From positions 11,001 through 75,000 of the forward strand of contig JAQVHV010000001.1 of assembly GCA_028696055.1 (NCBI GenBank): a stretch of 64,000 nucleotides of DNA, in the 5' to 3' direction. Source of the DNA: Sulfurovum sp. (lineage in GTDB: Bacteria > Campylobacterota > Campylobacteria > Campylobacterales > Sulfurovaceae). The position numbers and the translations under genes were made by a program. This document shows positions 18,418 through 31,673 of this stretch, piece after piece (positions within the stretch are counted from its first letter, which is position 1; each line of letters opens with the position of its first letter). The notes beneath the pieces are model-generated. The model did no database searches. It saw only the letters and a program-made list of their open reading frames with translations, and was not told the origin of the DNA.

Positions 18418-20601
18418 ATGGGTAGAGTCATTTGGATGTTTGGGGGTCTGTCAATTCTATTACTTGACGCAGCAGATAGGGAGAAAAGTTTCGAATCGGT
18501 CGGTATATGGACGGTGGTCTTGATCGTGGGGGTCGTAGCTGCGGGGATACTCTTTTTTGCTTCCAGGGAGATGACAAAACTTCGGAAATTTTATGAGAAC
18601 ATGCTGGACAAACAGCTGGAGATCGAAGAAAAACAAAACCAGATCCTGACGAATATGAGCGAAAATATCCATAACGCAGCGCATGAGGCATTGCAAAAAA
18701 GTCATGATGTTATCGAAAATCAGGCACATTCTGCCCTGGAGAAAGAAAAACTAATGGAAGATATCGAGGATCAACTCCTCGGTGTGACGAATAACCTGAT
18801 CGATTTTTTGCGCCTCAAATCAAAAAAAATAGAGATCAATAACAAGCCATTCAATCTCAATAACGTTTTGAACGAAGTGTCCGGATTGTTGGGTACGAAA
18901 TATGCAGGCAAGGAGCTTGAACTGATCTTTGATGTGGACAACAACGTGCCGCGCTATATGATCGGCGACTCCCTGCATATAGGGCGTGTCCTGACCAATC
19001 TCTTTGAGTATATGTTTTCGCAGCTTACCGATGAGGAACTGAAACTCGAAGTCTCTATGTTCAGCAGTCATGAAGAGAAGATCGATATGCAGTTCAGGTT
19101 GAGGGATACCGGGCCGGGCATTCCGACTGATGGACTGGAATCGCTCTTTGTCCCATACTATGACGAGGAGCGCGGTGCGTATATGGGGCTGGGGCTTTTT
19201 ATCGCAAAATCCCTTACTGAGCTGATGGGCGGCACACTTTATGCAGAAAGCAGGGAGGGGAAAGGGACGACGTTTCTCCTTGACCTTCCGTTGAAGCTTG
19301 TAGACTCCGGGAACAGAAGAAGATACAGGTTGCCAGACAAAGTGCTGACTGAGAAGCGTGTGCTGGTGGTTGATTCAAGCTTCAACGCTGCATTGGCGAT
19401 CAAGAAGATGTTTGCCTACTTCAGACACGATGTACAGGTGATCAGGAAAGAGGATTTTGAATTTTCCATGCCAAAGATGGACGGATATGATATTGTTATC
19501 CTTAATGAGTCACTTTATCGTGAAAAAGTGCTGAGATATCTCCAAAAGATCAAAACAGAAAAGGGTGACCTGAAGATCATTTCGCTCAATAATCTTCTCA
19601 ATGTCAAGGAGAGCGATTTCTATGACGGGCTGATCGATGCGCATCTTTTCAAGCCGGTCAATCAGGAGAGGGTATTTGAGTTGATCATCAGTCTCTATGA
19701 TATGGGGGTTTCCCGGATCCTGCTTCAGGATAGGATCGAAGAAGACAAGGAGAGCCGTCTTCCCAAGGCAAAAGTATACAAGTCAGAGATCCAGGAGGCA
19801 AAAGGGATTACCCCGGAGAGTTTCTCTGATTTTGCAGGCAAGCACCTATTGATCGTAGAAGACAATAGGATCAACCAGAAGGTACTGACCAACCTGCTTG
19901 CGCAATCAGGTATCAGGATCACACTTGCCAACGACGGACAGCAGGCTGTCGAGATCGTGAAATCAGGGAAGATCAAGTTCGACTTCATCCTGATGGATAT
20001 CAATATGCCCGTGATGGACGGATTTACCGCGACACAGGTGATACGCGAGGAGGGAAGGTTCGATATCATCCCGATCGTAGCTTTCACCGCTTTGATCCTT
20101 GAAAGCGAAAAACAGAAGATGTTCAACTGCGGTATCAATGCCTTCCTGGCAAAACCGCTGAATGTAGGCAAACTTTACCAGGCGATGGCAATGTACATAT
20201 CAGATAAGGCGATTGCCTCTGCAAAAGAGGCAGAGAGGAGGGAAAAGGAAGCCCTGTTTGACGGTTTGGAGATCAATAAAGGTATTGCGCATACAAACCA
20301 TAACGAAGCACTCTATATAGAGCTGGTCAAAGAGTTCATTGAAGCGTATGGGCAGAGCGATGAGACTTTTGAAAAGCTGGTCCGTGAGAAGCGTTATGAA
20401 CAGATCAAGATGCTCTGTGTCGATATGCGCGGGCTTTCAGGAACGATCGGTGCCACAGATCTGCATCGTCTGGTCAATGATATCTATAGGCATATTCTTT
20501 TCAATAAACATGAACTTCTCTGGGGATATGTTGAGAAGTATGCCAAAGAGGTGGCAAAGATCAGAAAAGCGGCTGAAGCCTATCTCTTCTTGAAGAGATG
20601 A
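18418..20601 (+). CDS. Hybrid sensor kinase-like protein (TM, HisKA-like, HATPase, two receivers, Hpt-like) with degenerate His sites
   Basis: DTGPGI, GLGLFI, GKGTTF G-boxes; receiver LIVEDN...ILMDINMP...KP; H-box reads MSENIH. Confidence 0.82.
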   Translation: MGRVIWMFGGLSILLLDAADREKSFESVGIWTVVLIVGVVAAGILFFASREMTKLRKFYENMLDKQLEIEEKQNQILTNMSENIHNAAHEALQKSHDVIENQAHSALEKEKLMEDIEDQLLGVTNNLIDFLRLKSKKIEINNKPFNLNNVLNEVSGLLGTKYAGKELELIFDVDNNVPRYMIGDSLHIGRVLTNLFEYMFSQLTDEELKLEVSMFSSHEEKIDMQFRLRDTGPGIPTDGLESLFVPYYDEERGAYMGLGLFIAKSLTELMGGTLYAESREGKGTTFLLDLPLKLVDSGNRRRYRLPDKVLTEKRVLVVDSSFNAALAIKKMFAYFRHDVQVIRKEDFEFSMPKMDGYDIVILNESLYREKVLRYLQKIKTEKGDLKIISLNNLLNVKESDFYDGLIDAHLFKPVNQERVFELIISLYDMGVSRILLQDRIEEDKESRLPKAKVYKSEIQEAKGITPESFSDFAGKHLLIVEDNRINQKVLTNLLAQSGIRITLANDGQQAVEIVKSGKIKFDFILMDINMPVMDGFTATQVIREEGRFDIIPIVAFTALILESEKQKMFNCGINAFLAKPLNVGKLYQAMAMYISDKAIASAKEAERREKEALFDGLEINKGIAHTNHNEALYIELVKEFIEAYGQSDETFEKLVREKRYEQIKMLCVDMRGLSGTIGATDLHRLVNDIYRHILFNKHELLWGYVEKYAKEVAKIRKAAEAYLFLKR

Positions 20602-20609
20602 TGGAGTGA

Positions 20610-21011
20610 TCAGGAGATCAGGCCATCCGTATAGAGCCATTTTCCGTTCTCCTTTAAAAAGCGGCTTTTCTCTGTAAGTATACCGCTCGAGAGCGAAGCC
20701 TCGAAAGTGACATAGGCTTCCTCTTCGCCATCATTAAACTCTATAATTTTTAGCCCTAAGAATGCAGTATGTTGACTAAAGAGATCGATATCGTTTTTCC
20801 ATAAGATACGATCGGCAGTATAGTCGGGGTTCGAGGGGTGCGTGGTGTTGATGATATACTCAGCATCGCCCGATGCATAAGCGCTGTAGCGAGATTTCAT
20901 CAAGGTGAGTGCATCCGGAGCCAGCGTCCCCTTATGATAGATGGCACAACACTTTTTATACTTTTTTCGACTTCCGCAGGGACAGGGGATATTGGGTGAG
21001 ACTTTTGCCAT
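20610..21011 (-). CDS. ychJ: YchJ family SEC-C motif protein
   Basis: CPCGS..YKKCC, LMKSRYSAY, EKSRF..ENGKWLY.DG. Confidence 0.9.
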   Translation of the reverse strand: MAKVSPNIPCPCGSRKKYKKCCAIYHKGTLAPDALTLMKSRYSAYASGDAEYIINTTHPSNPDYTADRILWKNDIDLFSQHTAFLGLKIIEFNDGEEEAYVTFEASLSSGILTEKSRFLKENGKWLYTDGLIS

Positions 21012-21020
21012 GGATACGAC

Positions 21021-21641
21021 TCAGTCCGGGACGGCTTTTTTGGGAAGTGCCATACCTGCCTTCCATGGGGTTGTGTAGCGTGAGCTGGTAACATGCATTT
21101 TTTGTATCGGTGTGTCGCTGGCCATATAGAGCTTCTGCTCATCTTTGCTCAGGTAGCGTTTGCATACCTTCATACGTTTAAGATAAATTGGTTCTTCACT
21201 GAAATGTGTCACCGTGACTTTGCGACTTTTGCTGCTTGCGTGCGCAAACCAGCCGTCACCCAGATAGATGCCTACATGATTGATATGTTTGCTTTGTGGA
21301 TTGGTCGAACCAAAGAAGATCAGGTCACCTTCATGCAGCTCTTCAAAGGGAATGGTTTTTCCCACTTTGGCCTGTTCTCTCGCGACACGGGGGATCTCGA
21401 CCCCCATCTGCCCGTAGATATTGTAGGTGAGCCCGGAACAGTCAAAGGCATCCGGCCCCTCCTCAGCCCAGACGTAAGGTTTATCCAGATTGGATCCCAG
21501 TTGTGCCTGGATGTTGTAACGGTTCGGTTTGTAGGCCACTTCAGGTTTGATGATATCGTAGTTGGGATAGGTGTAAGGTTTTTTTTGGGCGCACCCTGAC
21601 AGCAGGAGCACAGTAAAAAACAGTGCCGTGAACTCTCTCAT
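21021..21641 (-). CDS. NlpC/P60 (C40) peptidase lipoprotein
   Basis: Lipobox LSGC, FDCSGL, HVGIYLG..F.HAS; likely start MREFT at 21641. Confidence 0.9.
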   Translation of the reverse strand: MREFTALFFTVLLLSGCAQKKPYTYPNYDIIKPEVAYKPNRYNIQAQLGSNLDKPYVWAEEGPDAFDCSGLTYNIYGQMGVEIPRVAREQAKVGKTIPFEELHEGDLIFFGSTNPQSKHINHVGIYLGDGWFAHASSKSRKVTVTHFSEEPIYLKRMKVCKRYLSKDEQKLYMASDTPIQKMHVTSSRYTTPWKAGMALPKKAVPD

Positions 21642-21651
21642 TTTTCTACCT

Positions 21652-22695
21652 CTATAGAATAAGCATTGCATCTCCGTAAGAGAAAAACCTGTAGTTTTTC
21701 TCTACCGCCTCTTTATACAATTGTAACGTTTTTTCCCTTCCAATAAAAGATGATACCAGCATAATCAGTGTACTTTTAGGCAGATGGAAGTTGGTGAGGA
21801 GATGTGTCACACGGCGGGGAGGGTTGTGCGGGTTGAGAAAAAGGTCACATTCGCCCTCTTTTTTACCGGTGCGCACATAGTACTCCACGGTGCGTGTAAC
21901 AGTGGTGCCTATCGCCAGGATAGGGGCATCGCTGTCGAGCACCGCTGCTGCCTCGTCACTGATGGAAAAGAACTCCGAGTGCATCGGGTGATCGAGGATG
22001 TTCTCGCTCTCTACGGGCTTGAAGGTGCCTGCGCCCACATGCAGCGTGACCTTGTGTGTTTGATGCCTTTGCTGCATTGCTTCAAAGAGTTCGGGGGTAA
22101 AGTGCAGGGATGCGGTAGGAGCTGCCACTGCGCCTGCATGCCGGGCAAAGAGGGTCTGGTAGTCCCTCTCATCCTCCTTGTTGTCTTCCCTTTGCATATA
22201 CGGCGGCAGCGGAAGATGACCGATCCTGTCAAGCAGCACGACAAGTGTCTCAAAACGAAGGGGCAGATCATCTTTGGCAAAAGTGACCGTGCGGGTGCCG
22301 TCTTCATGCAGCGCTTCGACCGTTGCAACCAACCCTTCATCAAAGTAGAGTTTCATACCCGCTGTGACTTTGCCGCGGATCAGTACCAGTGAGCGGTAGG
22401 CATCGAGCGATTTGTTGAAGAGGAGTTCCACTCTGCCTCCCCCCTGTCCGCCGATCTTCTCTTTGTGCCCGAAAATGCGCGCTTTGATCACACGGGTATC
22501 GTTCAAAAAGACATGGCATGCCTCCGGCAGGTATTCAAGAAGGTGGGCAAAGGTGGTATGGGTGATCGTATCGCTCTGACGGTCATAAATCAGAAGTTTG
22601 GCACTATCACGAGGATAGACAGGTTTGGAGGCTATGAGCTCCGCAGGGAGTTCATAGTTGTAATTTTCGGTAACGAGTTCAGATGATGGTGCCAA
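21652..22695 (-). CDS. queA: S-adenosylmethionine:tRNA ribosyltransferase-isomerase
   Basis: NDTRVIKARI, PLPPY, AAPTASLHF, LHVGAGTF, TNFHLPKSTL, YRFFSYGDAM. Confidence 0.96.
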   Translation of the reverse strand: MAPSSELVTENYNYELPAELIASKPVYPRDSAKLLIYDRQSDTITHTTFAHLLEYLPEACHVFLNDTRVIKARIFGHKEKIGGQGGGRVELLFNKSLDAYRSLVLIRGKVTAGMKLYFDEGLVATVEALHEDGTRTVTFAKDDLPLRFETLVVLLDRIGHLPLPPYMQREDNKEDERDYQTLFARHAGAVAAPTASLHFTPELFEAMQQRHQTHKVTLHVGAGTFKPVESENILDHPMHSEFFSISDEAAAVLDSDAPILAIGTTVTRTVEYYVRTGKKEGECDLFLNPHNPPRRVTHLLTNFHLPKSTLIMLVSSFIGREKTLQLYKEAVEKNYRFFSYGDAMLIL

Positions 22696-22698
22696 GGG

Positions 22699-23778
22699 TT
22701 AACTATCCTTCTTCTCTGCTGTTTCTTCCTCATCCTCATCTCCCTCATACGGATTGACCATACGTACGATGAGGATGGAAACACCGTAAAGAACGATAAG
22801 CGGGAATGCCATCAGCAGCTGCGTCAGAACATCCGGAGGTGTAAGCAGAGCGGCAAGTACAAAGATGATCAGGACCGCATATTTGAAGAAATCCTTGAGT
22901 GTTCTGTCTGTCACAAGACCCAGGAGTGCCAGAAAGTAGGCAAAGACAGGCAGCTCGAAGGCGATACCGAACCCCATCATGATCTTGGCAAAGAACCCTA
23001 CATAATCTTCGATATTGATCAGCGGGGTATAGAGGAAGGAACCAAAGGTGATCAGGAACTGGAATCCAAACGGTGTGACGACATAATAGGCAAAAAGCAC
23101 ACCGATAAAGAACATAACCGATCCTCCTGCGACAAACGGGATGATCATCTTCTTCTCATTCTCATAGAGTCCCGGAGAGACGAAGAGCCAGAGCTGATAA
23201 AGGATGAACGGCAGTGCGCCAAGCAGTGCGGCGAAGAAAGAGACCTTGAGCGCCACAAAGAAGACTCCCCCGATCTGGTGGGTCGTTACCATCCCCTCAA
23301 AGCTCTTTTTGCCGGCATTCTCTACGGAGTGGTTAACATCATCCAGAAGCGTGATGAGTTTTGCAGTGGCTTCCGCGGTGGCTTTTGCCGAAGCGGCAGC
23401 CTCTTTGAGCAGTGAAGCGAGTTCGGGATTCTCCTGTTTCCCTGCAAGGTCGGAGGCCTGGGCCAGACCGTCATGAAGCTCTTCTGCCGAGACAGAAGCC
23501 TCCTGTGCATAGGACTGGGCACTGTTCGGCTGATACTCTGGTGTTTTTAGGGTAACTTCGGTGCTATTTTGCTCCTGCTGTATCTTCCACTCAGCACCAC
23601 TCTTGCTCTCTATGACCAGACCTACCTGGGTGAGCGCATCGTTGAGGGGCTGGGTGACCCATGCAAGAATATATTTGTGAAAAGTAAATGCGATCGCAAA
23701 CATAATAAAGACAGAGATAACTGAAAGCCCGAGGCGTTTACGCAGCTCGGCTAAATGTGGGCGGAGATCTTCAAACAT
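22699..23778 (-). CDS. tatC: Twin-arginine translocase TatC with a large loop insertion
   Basis: HLAELRKRL, YQLWLFVSPGLY..E, FELPV, LTPPD. Confidence 0.94.
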   Translation of the reverse strand: MFEDLRPHLAELRKRLGLSVISVFIMFAIAFTFHKYILAWVTQPLNDALTQVGLVIESKSGAEWKIQQEQNSTEVTLKTPEYQPNSAQSYAQEASVSAEELHDGLAQASDLAGKQENPELASLLKEAAASAKATAEATAKLITLLDDVNHSVENAGKKSFEGMVTTHQIGGVFFVALKVSFFAALLGALPFILYQLWLFVSPGLYENEKKMIIPFVAGGSVMFFIGVLFAYYVVTPFGFQFLITFGSFLYTPLINIEDYVGFFAKIMMGFGIAFELPVFAYFLALLGLVTDRTLKDFFKYAVLIIFVLAALLTPPDVLTQLLMAFPLIVLYGVSILIVRMVNPYEGDEDEEETAEKKDS

Positions 23779-24293
23779 CAGGCATCCCCGCTTTTATTCT
23801 CTTTCTCTTCTGCTACAGAGTCCTTGGGGGTTCTGTCAGGCTGTGCATAGGGGTCAGGTTTCTTTGGTTTTGTTTTGATCTGGCTGTATTCCTGCTTGGG
23901 TTCAACCGGTGCAGCGATCTTTTCATCACTGCTTGGAGCAGCACTTTTGGCTTCCGTTTCGACCTGCTGTCGGTGCTTTTGTGCAGCTGTCATGTCGGAT
24001 GATTCTTTGGGAGAAGCAAACTCGTCATCAAGGTCTTCCAGACTCAGGTTCTTGAAACCTCTAAGCTCATCCGAAACCTCGGTAAGCTGTTTTTTGTAGT
24101 TCATCGCCTCTTCTTTCAGGTCGGCGATCTTGATCTCTTCTTCAAGCGAACTTTTCGCTTCGCCCACGGTCTGTTTGATGCTTTTGATAAATTTTGCTAT
24201 ATCCACCATCGCCTGAGGCAGCTTGTCGGGCCCCAGGAAGAGGATGGCGATGATAGCGATAAGGACTAACTCAGTAAATCCGATTCCAAACAT
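23778..24293 (-). CDS. tatB: Twin-arginine translocase TatB
   Basis: MFGIGFTEL..I.....LGPDKLP; upstream of tatC. Confidence 0.92.
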   Translation of the reverse strand: MFGIGFTELVLIAIIAILFLGPDKLPQAMVDIAKFIKSIKQTVGEAKSSLEEEIKIADLKEEAMNYKKQLTEVSDELRGFKNLSLEDLDDEFASPKESSDMTAAQKHRQQVETEAKSAAPSSDEKIAAPVEPKQEYSQIKTKPKKPDPYAQPDRTPKDSVAEEKENKSGDA

Positions 24294-24330
24294 AAAATGC
24301 CTTCTTGTTTAATTGCTGTATTTTAACCAA

Positions 24331-25386
24331 TTATCCTAAAATATAAAGTGCAAGTGCATCACTTAAAAAATAATTTTTATTGAAATAACGGATTCCCCTT
24401 CGATACAGTTTATCTTCTGCCAAAAGGGTCTCGGCCCTTGCTCTCATCGGTTCGCTGAGTATAGTGCTTTCGATACCGATTTCACTGCGAAGCCCGAGAA
24501 AAATCCTTTCGGTCAGCAGATCATTATCATTGAGCAGCTCCTCGCTGATGTGCATCGGATCGGAGATATAGGCGTGAATATCATTCTGCGGGTAGAAACG
24601 GCGTTCTTTGAGAAAACCGACAGCACCTGCACCTGCGCCGATGTAGTCTTTGAGTTCCCAGTAGCCTCTGTTGTGCCTGCTTTTATAACGTCCGAAGTTG
24701 GAGATCTCGTAGTGCTCAAAGCCCTTTTCTTTGATCCTGTCGGCAACAAAAAATGCCAGTGTTTCATTCTCCTGTCTGGCTTCGGGTGTCTGTGTGAATT
24801 TTGTCCCCTCTTCGATCGTGAGTTCATAGGCCGAGATATGGTCGATCGGAAGTTCGAAAGCCTGCTCTATATCCGAACCGACCAACCTTTTGGTGTCGTT
24901 CCGGTAGTTATAGATCAGATCCAGCGAGAGATGCTCTATCCCCAGTTTGTGTGCCAGCAGGATCGCCTCTTTGGCCTGTTTCGGGTTATGGGCACGGCCC
25001 AGTGCTTTCAGTTTCTCTTCATCAAAGCTCTGAACGCCGAAACTGATACGATTGACGCCCAGTGCTTGCATCCCTTCTATCCATGAAGCAGTTGCGGAAT
25101 TGGGATTGGCTTCCGTGGTAATCTCGGCATCCTTCTGCATGTAGGGCTGCATCAGTGCAAAGATCGGTGCATAAAGTTCAGGTGCCACGGTGGAAGGAGT
25201 GCCGCCCCCGATAAAGAGTGTCTCGATCGAAGCTTTTTTTGCTTTAAAGCGTTCAAGTTCAAACGCCAGCTGTCTATGCAGTGCATCCATGTAGGCTTTA
25301 CGGGTATCAAACTTGTCCACATAGGAGTTGAAGCTGCAGTAGTGACATTTGGAGTCACAGTAGGGGATATGAAGGTAAGCCAGCAA
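24331..25386 (-). CDS. hemW: Radical SAM heme chaperone HemW (HemN-like)
   Basis: YLHIPYCDSKCHYCSF, GGGTPS, EANP, YEISNF. Confidence 0.88.
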   Translation of the reverse strand: MLAYLHIPYCDSKCHYCSFNSYVDKFDTRKAYMDALHRQLAFELERFKAKKASIETLFIGGGTPSTVAPELYAPIFALMQPYMQKDAEITTEANPNSATASWIEGMQALGVNRISFGVQSFDEEKLKALGRAHNPKQAKEAILLAHKLGIEHLSLDLIYNYRNDTKRLVGSDIEQAFELPIDHISAYELTIEEGTKFTQTPEARQENETLAFFVADRIKEKGFEHYEISNFGRYKSRHNRGYWELKDYIGAGAGAVGFLKERRFYPQNDIHAYISDPMHISEELLNDNDLLTERIFLGLRSEIGIESTILSEPMRARAETLLAEDKLYRRGIRYFNKNYFLSDALALYILG

Positions 25387-25484
25387 ATTACACCTTTTGG
25401 AGTCTTTTCAAAACTGAATATAACTCTATTTTAGATAAAATTTTATCAGAAAAAAATTACTTTAGTTAAGTTGCGGAAGAGAAG

Positions 25485-25961
25485 ATGCAGACAAAAAAGC
25501 GTTATCGCCCAAATGTTGCAGCGGTCATACTCTCCTCAAATTATCCAGATAAGTGCGAATTTTTTATCGCACATCGAAGTGATGTCAAAAATGTTTGGCA
25601 ATTTCCGCAGGGAGGTATCGATGACGGTGAGACACCGTGCGAAGCCCTGTACAGGGAGTTGCTTGAAGAGATAGGGTGTGCAGAAGTCGAGATATTGGGG
25701 GAGTTTCCCGAATGGATCACCTATGACTTTCCAGATTCGGCGAGAAGCCGTAAGATCTATCCCTATGACGGGCAGACCCAGAAGTATTTTCTGGTGCGTC
25801 TGAAGGAGGGGGCGACGATCGATCTGAATGCATATGATATCCCGGAGTTTGAAGAGTATGATTTTGTTGCGTATGAAGATGTGTTTAAGAAGGTGACCTA
25901 TTTAAAACGTAAAGTCTATCGCAAAGTGATCGACTACTTTAAAGAAGAGGGTTTAATTTAA
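25485..25961 (+). CDS. rppH: RNA pyrophosphohydrolase
   Basis: [16 protein letters not shown]...[11 protein letters not shown] Nudix box, GQTQKYF. Confidence 0.93.
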   Translation: MQTKKRYRPNVAAVILSSNYPDKCEFFIAHRSDVKNVWQFPQGGIDDGETPCEALYRELLEEIGCAEVEILGEFPEWITYDFPDSARSRKIYPYDGQTQKYFLVRLKEGATIDLNAYDIPEFEEYDFVAYEDVFKKVTYLKRKVYRKVIDYFKEEGLI

Positions 25962-25981
25962 AATTTGAGAAAAGGTAAAAG

Positions 25982-27190
25982 ATGTTAATCGTCCATAAGT
26001 ATGGTGGAACTAGTGTTGGCGGTTTGGACCGTATAGAAAATGTAGCGTCCCGTGTGATCAAAGCGCGTGAAGAAGGACATGACCTGGTGGTAGTCGTCTC
26101 GGCAATGAGCGGTGAGACCAACAAGCTTGTAGAATATGCAGAGCACTTCAGCAGCAACCCTGCGAAAAAAGAGATGGATATGCTGCTGAGCTCGGGGGAG
26201 AGAGTGACTGCGGCACTCCTTTCGATCGCGCTGCAGGCAAAAGGTTATGCTTCTGTCGCAATGACGGGAAGACAGGCAGGAATCGTCACGGATACTTTCC
26301 ATACCTATGCACGTATCGAAGAGATCGATCCCAAGCCGATGAAGGATGCGATCGCTGAAGGGAAGATCGTGATCGTTGCAGGTTTCCAGGGCATCACAAA
26401 AGAGGGAAATGTCTCTACGCTCGGACGTGGCGGTTCAGACCTTTCTGCCGTGGCGATCGCGGGTGCGATCGGGGCAGACCAGTGTGAGATCTACTCGGAT
26501 GTAGACGGTATCTACACCACAGACCCGCGTATAGAACCAAGAGCAAAAAAGCTCGATACGATCTCTTATGACGAGATGCTTGAGATGTCAAGTCTCGGTG
26601 CGAAGGTTTTGCAGAACCGTTCGGTTGAATTGGCGAAGAAACTGCATGTCAGACTTTATGCAAAAAGCAGTTTTAGCGACAATGAAGGTACATTGATAAC
26701 AGAGGAGAATGAAAATATGGAAGCAGTTTTGGTAAGCGGTGTTGTATTGGATAGAAATCAGGCAAGAGTGACACTCAGAGGTGTCTCCGACAAGCCCGGA
26801 ATCGCAGCGGAAATTTTTACAATGCTTGCGGAGAACAATATCAACGTTGATATGATCATTCAGAATGTAGCAACAGCAGACGGTGAAACGAACCTTGGAT
26901 TTACTGTACCTCAGAGTGAGCTGGAGAATGCTAAGTCGGTGATCGAAAAATTTGATCATGATATCAAGGGAATGGACTTCGATGAGAATATCTGTAAAGT
27001 CTCTGTCGTAGGTGTAGGAATGAAGTCCCACTCCGGTGTCGCAGCCAAGGCATTTTCGACGATGGCACAGAACAATATCAATATCCAGATGATCGCCACT
27101 TCCGAGATCAAGATCTCTATGGTCATTGGTGAAAAATACGGCGAGCTTGCGATCCGCGCATTGCATGAAGCTTACGAGCTAGATAAGTAA
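25982..27190 (+). CDS. lysC: Aspartate kinase
   Basis: KYGGTSV, VVVVSAM, TLGRGGSD, two ACT domains. Confidence 0.96.
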   Translation: MLIVHKYGGTSVGGLDRIENVASRVIKAREEGHDLVVVVSAMSGETNKLVEYAEHFSSNPAKKEMDMLLSSGERVTAALLSIALQAKGYASVAMTGRQAGIVTDTFHTYARIEEIDPKPMKDAIAEGKIVIVAGFQGITKEGNVSTLGRGGSDLSAVAIAGAIGADQCEIYSDVDGIYTTDPRIEPRAKKLDTISYDEMLEMSSLGAKVLQNRSVELAKKLHVRLYAKSSFSDNEGTLITEENENMEAVLVSGVVLDRNQARVTLRGVSDKPGIAAEIFTMLAENNINVDMIIQNVATADGETNLGFTVPQSELENAKSVIEKFDHDIKGMDFDENICKVSVVGVGMKSHSGVAAKAFSTMAQNNINIQMIATSEIKISMVIGEKYGELAIRALHEAYELDK

Positions 27191-27194
27191 TCCC

Positions 27195-27743
27195 GTGCAG
27201 CAGCTCTTAAAGTGGACACTCGATACGATCCGGGAGAAAGAGAGCGCTTTCTCGTGGATGGAAGAGCACCGCTTCGCATGGGCTCCTCTTGTCAACAATG
27301 CAGTCTCTCAGATACTGGAAGGCAAAACGGTACTGGTGATGACGGATGAATCGCGCCAATGGTTTGCAAAGTATATACTCCAAAAGGTCAATGACTTTGA
27401 CAAACACCGTCCTCTTTTGCCTTTTTATCCGCTTGGCGGATGTTTCCAGAATCTTCATCACGTGAAGTCAAAAGAGGAGATCCAGCTCCTCGAAGATATG
27501 CTCGAGATCTCTTACCCGAACGGATACTATATCTGGTATATCGGGAAAGGAGACCATGCCGCCACCAAGATCGCTTATAGAAATGATGACAGTTTTTTAT
27601 GGCTGATGGACGAGGAGGCACAGAACAGTTTCCATCTTCGCAGCTCCGATCCTCTTCTGGATATTAAACTGCTTCAGCTTTACCGACTTTTTGATGAGAC
27701 GCTTTCCGCAGCGCTTTTCGGAGATCTAGACTTAGAGTCATGA
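27195..27743 (+). CDS. hobA: DnaA-binding replication regulator HobA
   Basis: W...IR...SWMEE.R..W.PL, RPLLP, WYIG, LDIKLLQLY.LF; position between lysC and holB typical of Campylobacterota. Confidence 0.85.
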   Translation: MQQLLKWTLDTIREKESAFSWMEEHRFAWAPLVNNAVSQILEGKTVLVMTDESRQWFAKYILQKVNDFDKHRPLLPFYPLGGCFQNLHHVKSKEEIQLLEDMLEISYPNGYYIWYIGKGDHAATKIAYRNDDSFLWLMDEEAQNSFHLRSSDPLLDIKLLQLYRLFDETLSAALFGDLDLES

Positions 27744-28363
27744 GCAGATTAGCACTTACCAGTCAGGTACTCATTACTCCCCGGATCGAAGAGACGATTA
27801 AAACGCTTGAAGCGCTGCAGCGTGATGAGCGTATTGTCAAGATCGTTAAAGAGGATAATTTTCTTGTCGAAGATGCCGCACTGGCGATAGAGAAAGCCTA
27901 TCTTGCCAGCGAAGAGACCACGGTGATCATCCTTGCTGCACGTCTTTTTTCTCCTGTCGTGCAAAACAAGCTGCTTAAAGTGATCGAAGAGCCCCCTCCG
28001 CATAAGGAGTTTATCCTGGTCACGCCAAGCAAGGCGACGATACTCGCGACGATACGTTCGCGTCTGCCGGTACATGTACTGGGCGATACTGTTTCGCATG
28101 AGGATTTGGGGCTGGATCTTTCACAGCTCTCTTTGGAGACGGTCTACCCCTTTGTCCAGGAGCATAAACGCACGGCTGCTGCGGAAATGAAGCGGATCGT
28201 TGAGGAGATCTCCAAAGCGGCGATGCGTTCGGGCAGGTTCAACCTTGATGAGAAGACCCTGAAGCTCTTTTCCGATGCCTTTATGGCACTTGATATGGGC
28301 TCGCCCCCTTCCTTTGTACTCAATACACTGCTTTTGAAGCTGCTGGCAAAGAAAAAACGCTAA
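27740..28363 (+). CDS. holB: DNA polymerase III delta' subunit
   Basis: QNKLLKVIEEPP, LATIRSRL. Confidence 0.85.
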   Translation: MSRLALTSQVLITPRIEETIKTLEALQRDERIVKIVKEDNFLVEDAALAIEKAYLASEETTVIILAARLFSPVVQNKLLKVIEEPPPHKEFILVTPSKATILATIRSRLPVHVLGDTVSHEDLGLDLSQLSLETVYPFVQEHKRTAAAEMKRIVEEISKAAMRSGRFNLDEKTLKLFSDAFMALDMGSPPSFVLNTLLLKLLAKKKR

Positions 28364-28468
28364 AACGATTCAATGCGCTGCATTGAAAGTGAATAATTAA
28401 TAGTGAAGAGCGAAGAGTTTTGGTATGCTTTTTAGACAAAAGCAAGCTATTGACAGGAGATCATACGT

Positions 28469-31557
<3,089 letters not shown>

Positions 31558-31673
31558 GGTGAAAGAGAGAGTCCGGTGAGAGCATAGGCTCAAAAGCCGG
31601 ATCAGAAATGAATATTTCGGGCGCTTAAACAACCGGCAGCATTTTTGGACTATAATTGCGAAAAAATTCAGGA

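Noticed and set aside
28364-28430. Hairpin TTCAATGC/GCATTGAA plus loose 7-mer repeats (AAGTGAA, TAGTGAA, GAGCGAA) between holB and folP
   Set aside because: Too short and degenerate to assign; may be a small insertion relic
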